From Heteronotia binoei (taxonomy: Eukaryota): 64,000 bases of DNA. The DNA lies in assembly GCF_032191835.1 (NCBI RefSeq), contig NC_083230.1:23498001-23562000 (forward strand). Reading direction: 5' to 3'. Shown piece after piece: positions 62,150-64,000 of this stretch; position 1 is the stretch's first letter, and each line of letters starts with the position of its first letter. Below the pieces are notes generated by a model. That model ran no database searches and had not been told where the DNA came from. It worked only from the letters and a program-made list of their open reading frames with translations. Both the position numbers and the translations under genes were made by a program.

Positions 62150-62910
62150 TTGCATTCCTTTATTACGATACAAGCTTTTTAATGCATACGGCACTAGACC
62201 TGGAGTTGGCATGGGACAAGGAGAACCAGTAATTCTGGCCTCAATGTTTAGGCCCTTTGAGAGATATTCCAATAGGAGATGCCTTATTTCAAGAGTTTGG
62301 CCCCTTCCCAGCCGATCAGCCCACCAGCTGATAAGGCTGGGAACCGTTATTTGCCTCCCCGGATGGAGAGGAGGCATGGTCTCTCCCAATATCCAGGAGG
62401 CTTCAGGGGGCGGGCACAGGCTTTAAGGAGCCAGCCCCGCCCCCTGTGGCGCAGATCTCCACCGTTTTCAGGCCGGGAAGGACTGCATCACGTCCTTCGG
62501 CGGCCAAGCAGTGGTGGGGCCTTCCAGCAGCGTTGGATGATGCTGGGAGCGGTGCATCGAGATGGAGGTGGCGAGCAGCTCGCATCCTGAGAAGAGTGGT
62601 CGGGTCGGAGGCGTGGCAAAGTGGTGAACGGCGATACGCTGCAGCAGGCAACAGCGTGGGGGCTGAGGGCAACAGCGGCGGGCCCGGCAGCAGGGGAAGC
62701 GAGGTGGCAAGGAAGTCTTCAGGGGCTGTAATCGGGCAGCCAGAGCTGGCAAGCAGCGTGGGGCGGCGGCAAAGGGCCTGATGGGGCTGGGGGCCTTATA
62801 AGGAAAGGGGGCTTCGACTTTGGGAGGGGTGGCTGGAGGAGCCGCAGGGACTTCCGGTGGTCAGTAGGAGTGCTTGCACAGGCTGGTAAGCTGGCCCGGA
62901 GCCTTTGAGC
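62150..62910 (-). other. CpG-rich promoter-like segment, probably the 5' end of a retroelement
   Basis: High GC and CpG content; ETS site CCGGAAGT (minus, 62850-62857); palindromic CCTTATAAGG (62794-62803); GGGCGG boxes. Confidence 0.35.
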
Positions 62911-62920
62911 CCAGCACTTC

Positions 62921-63880
62921 TGCACACCTGTGGGGAGTTGGGTCAGAGGTTATAAGGACTACCTGGAGCCCTTAGGGGGTAGGAGGTGCAGGGGCGGATA
63001 ACAGGTGGTCAGCTGGTATGTGATCTCAGAAAAGAGGAAGCTCCGCTATGACCATAAAGACTGGACTTACGCGGTGGCCAATGGCCAGTTTATTAGGGAC
63101 ACCTGATTGGATACCCATATCCAGCCAATGAGCAGACCTGGCCCTAGTTACTTGATTGGGCTTCTAGGTAACAATGGGCAAGAAGGGGGAGGCTCCAGGG
63201 TGACCATTAGGGTAAATAATGGGTGAGGGTATTGGGGTGGAAGTGATTAACAAGCTATCAAACTTATCTATATGTGACAATAGAGAGTCAAATTGATACC
63301 TAAGGTGACACCCAATTTATACAATAACTATGGCTCTGAGTGAAGCTGTTCTTCCTCTTCTTTACTCCTCTACTGGCACCATTTTTTGTCTTGGGTTCCA
63401 TTGGACAAAAGCTTAGGTAGTCTGGCAGGATCTATGCCTAAGACAAGCTTGATTGCCTTCTGCATAAGTGACAGCTGTTGAGTATGTGAGCCTCTCGCTT
63501 CGCTGTCATGGAGTCTGGCACTGCAGGAAGATAGTTGCTGGTGATGTTAGCCTACCAACATGGCTTTCCTGGTTAAGGCTGGAAGCCGCTTGCCCGGACA
63601 GTTCCTGGCGGTGCAACTTCTTTCACGGCAACGGCTGAGATGGTGTGCGCACAGAGCGACTGGAAACCCATCTGTCCTCCTGGCTAGCACTCCTTCGGAG
63701 ATACAGAATGCTGCTGCAATGCTGTGGCTGTTAGTACTCACATGGATCTCTTACACTCTGGTAGACAACACCCACGCTTCCCTGGCAGATGTATGTGAGT
63801 TGAATCTTCAGGCACCCTGGCAACCAAACGGGTGATTACGATGTCTGTATATTACTGAAATTAGGGGTCTTTTTCTCACA
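62921..63880 (-). mobile_element. Long LTR, family copy B (3'/U5 end missing)
   Basis: Colinear with ~10175-11150; ends ctcaca at 63880; the region matching 9776-10170 is absent. Confidence 0.85.
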
Positions 63881-63884
63881 CATA

Positions 63885-64000
63885 CTTTCAGCCTAAACTA
63901 CCTCACAGGGTTGTTGTGAAGACAGAAAGGAGAAGAGGAAAATAATGTAAACTGCTTTGTTCCTCATTGTGAAGAAAGGCAGGGTATAAATAAATAAATA
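63885..64000 (+). mobile_element. SINE 3' fragment with L2-type tail
   Basis: ctcagcc-like...tacctcacagggttgttgtgaag...gggtataaataaataaata. Confidence 0.6.

Noticed and set aside
62446-62781. GC-rich 111-aa ORF
   Set aside because: Low-complexity Ala/Gly/Arg content is expected from GC-rich DNA, overlapping ORFs occur in several frames, and there is no domain

Overview
Vertebrate, repeat-dense, essentially non-coding DNA with three N-gaps (3021-3186, 12406-12595, 41635-42166). The repeat complement points to a squamate reptile, most likely a gecko; this is an inference. It includes CR1, L2, L1, RTE-BovB, Penelope-like elements, tRNA-derived SINEs with L2-type tails, hAT and Harbinger-like MITEs, solo LTRs and an Ngaro/DIRS fossil. 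I recognise no host protein-coding gene. There is one weak candidate terminal exon (2394-2505, minus strand), and nearly all supplied ORFs are transposon fragments or chance ORFs. The most notable item is a Penelope-like insertion (45748-46317) carrying an intact minimal type I hammerhead ribozyme. Its inverted 5' segment begins at the predicted self-cleavage site. Other highlights are two further hammerhead-like cores of a second Penelope family, a fossil tyrosine-recombinase (Ngaro) retrotransposon with RT, RNase H and YR motifs, three copies of a ~1.35 kb solo LTR, a 6 x 104 bp minisatellite built from a SINE 3' end, hAT MITEs resembling horizontally transferred mammalian families, and two candidate conserved enhancers. 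Family names come from remembered motifs, not database searches.
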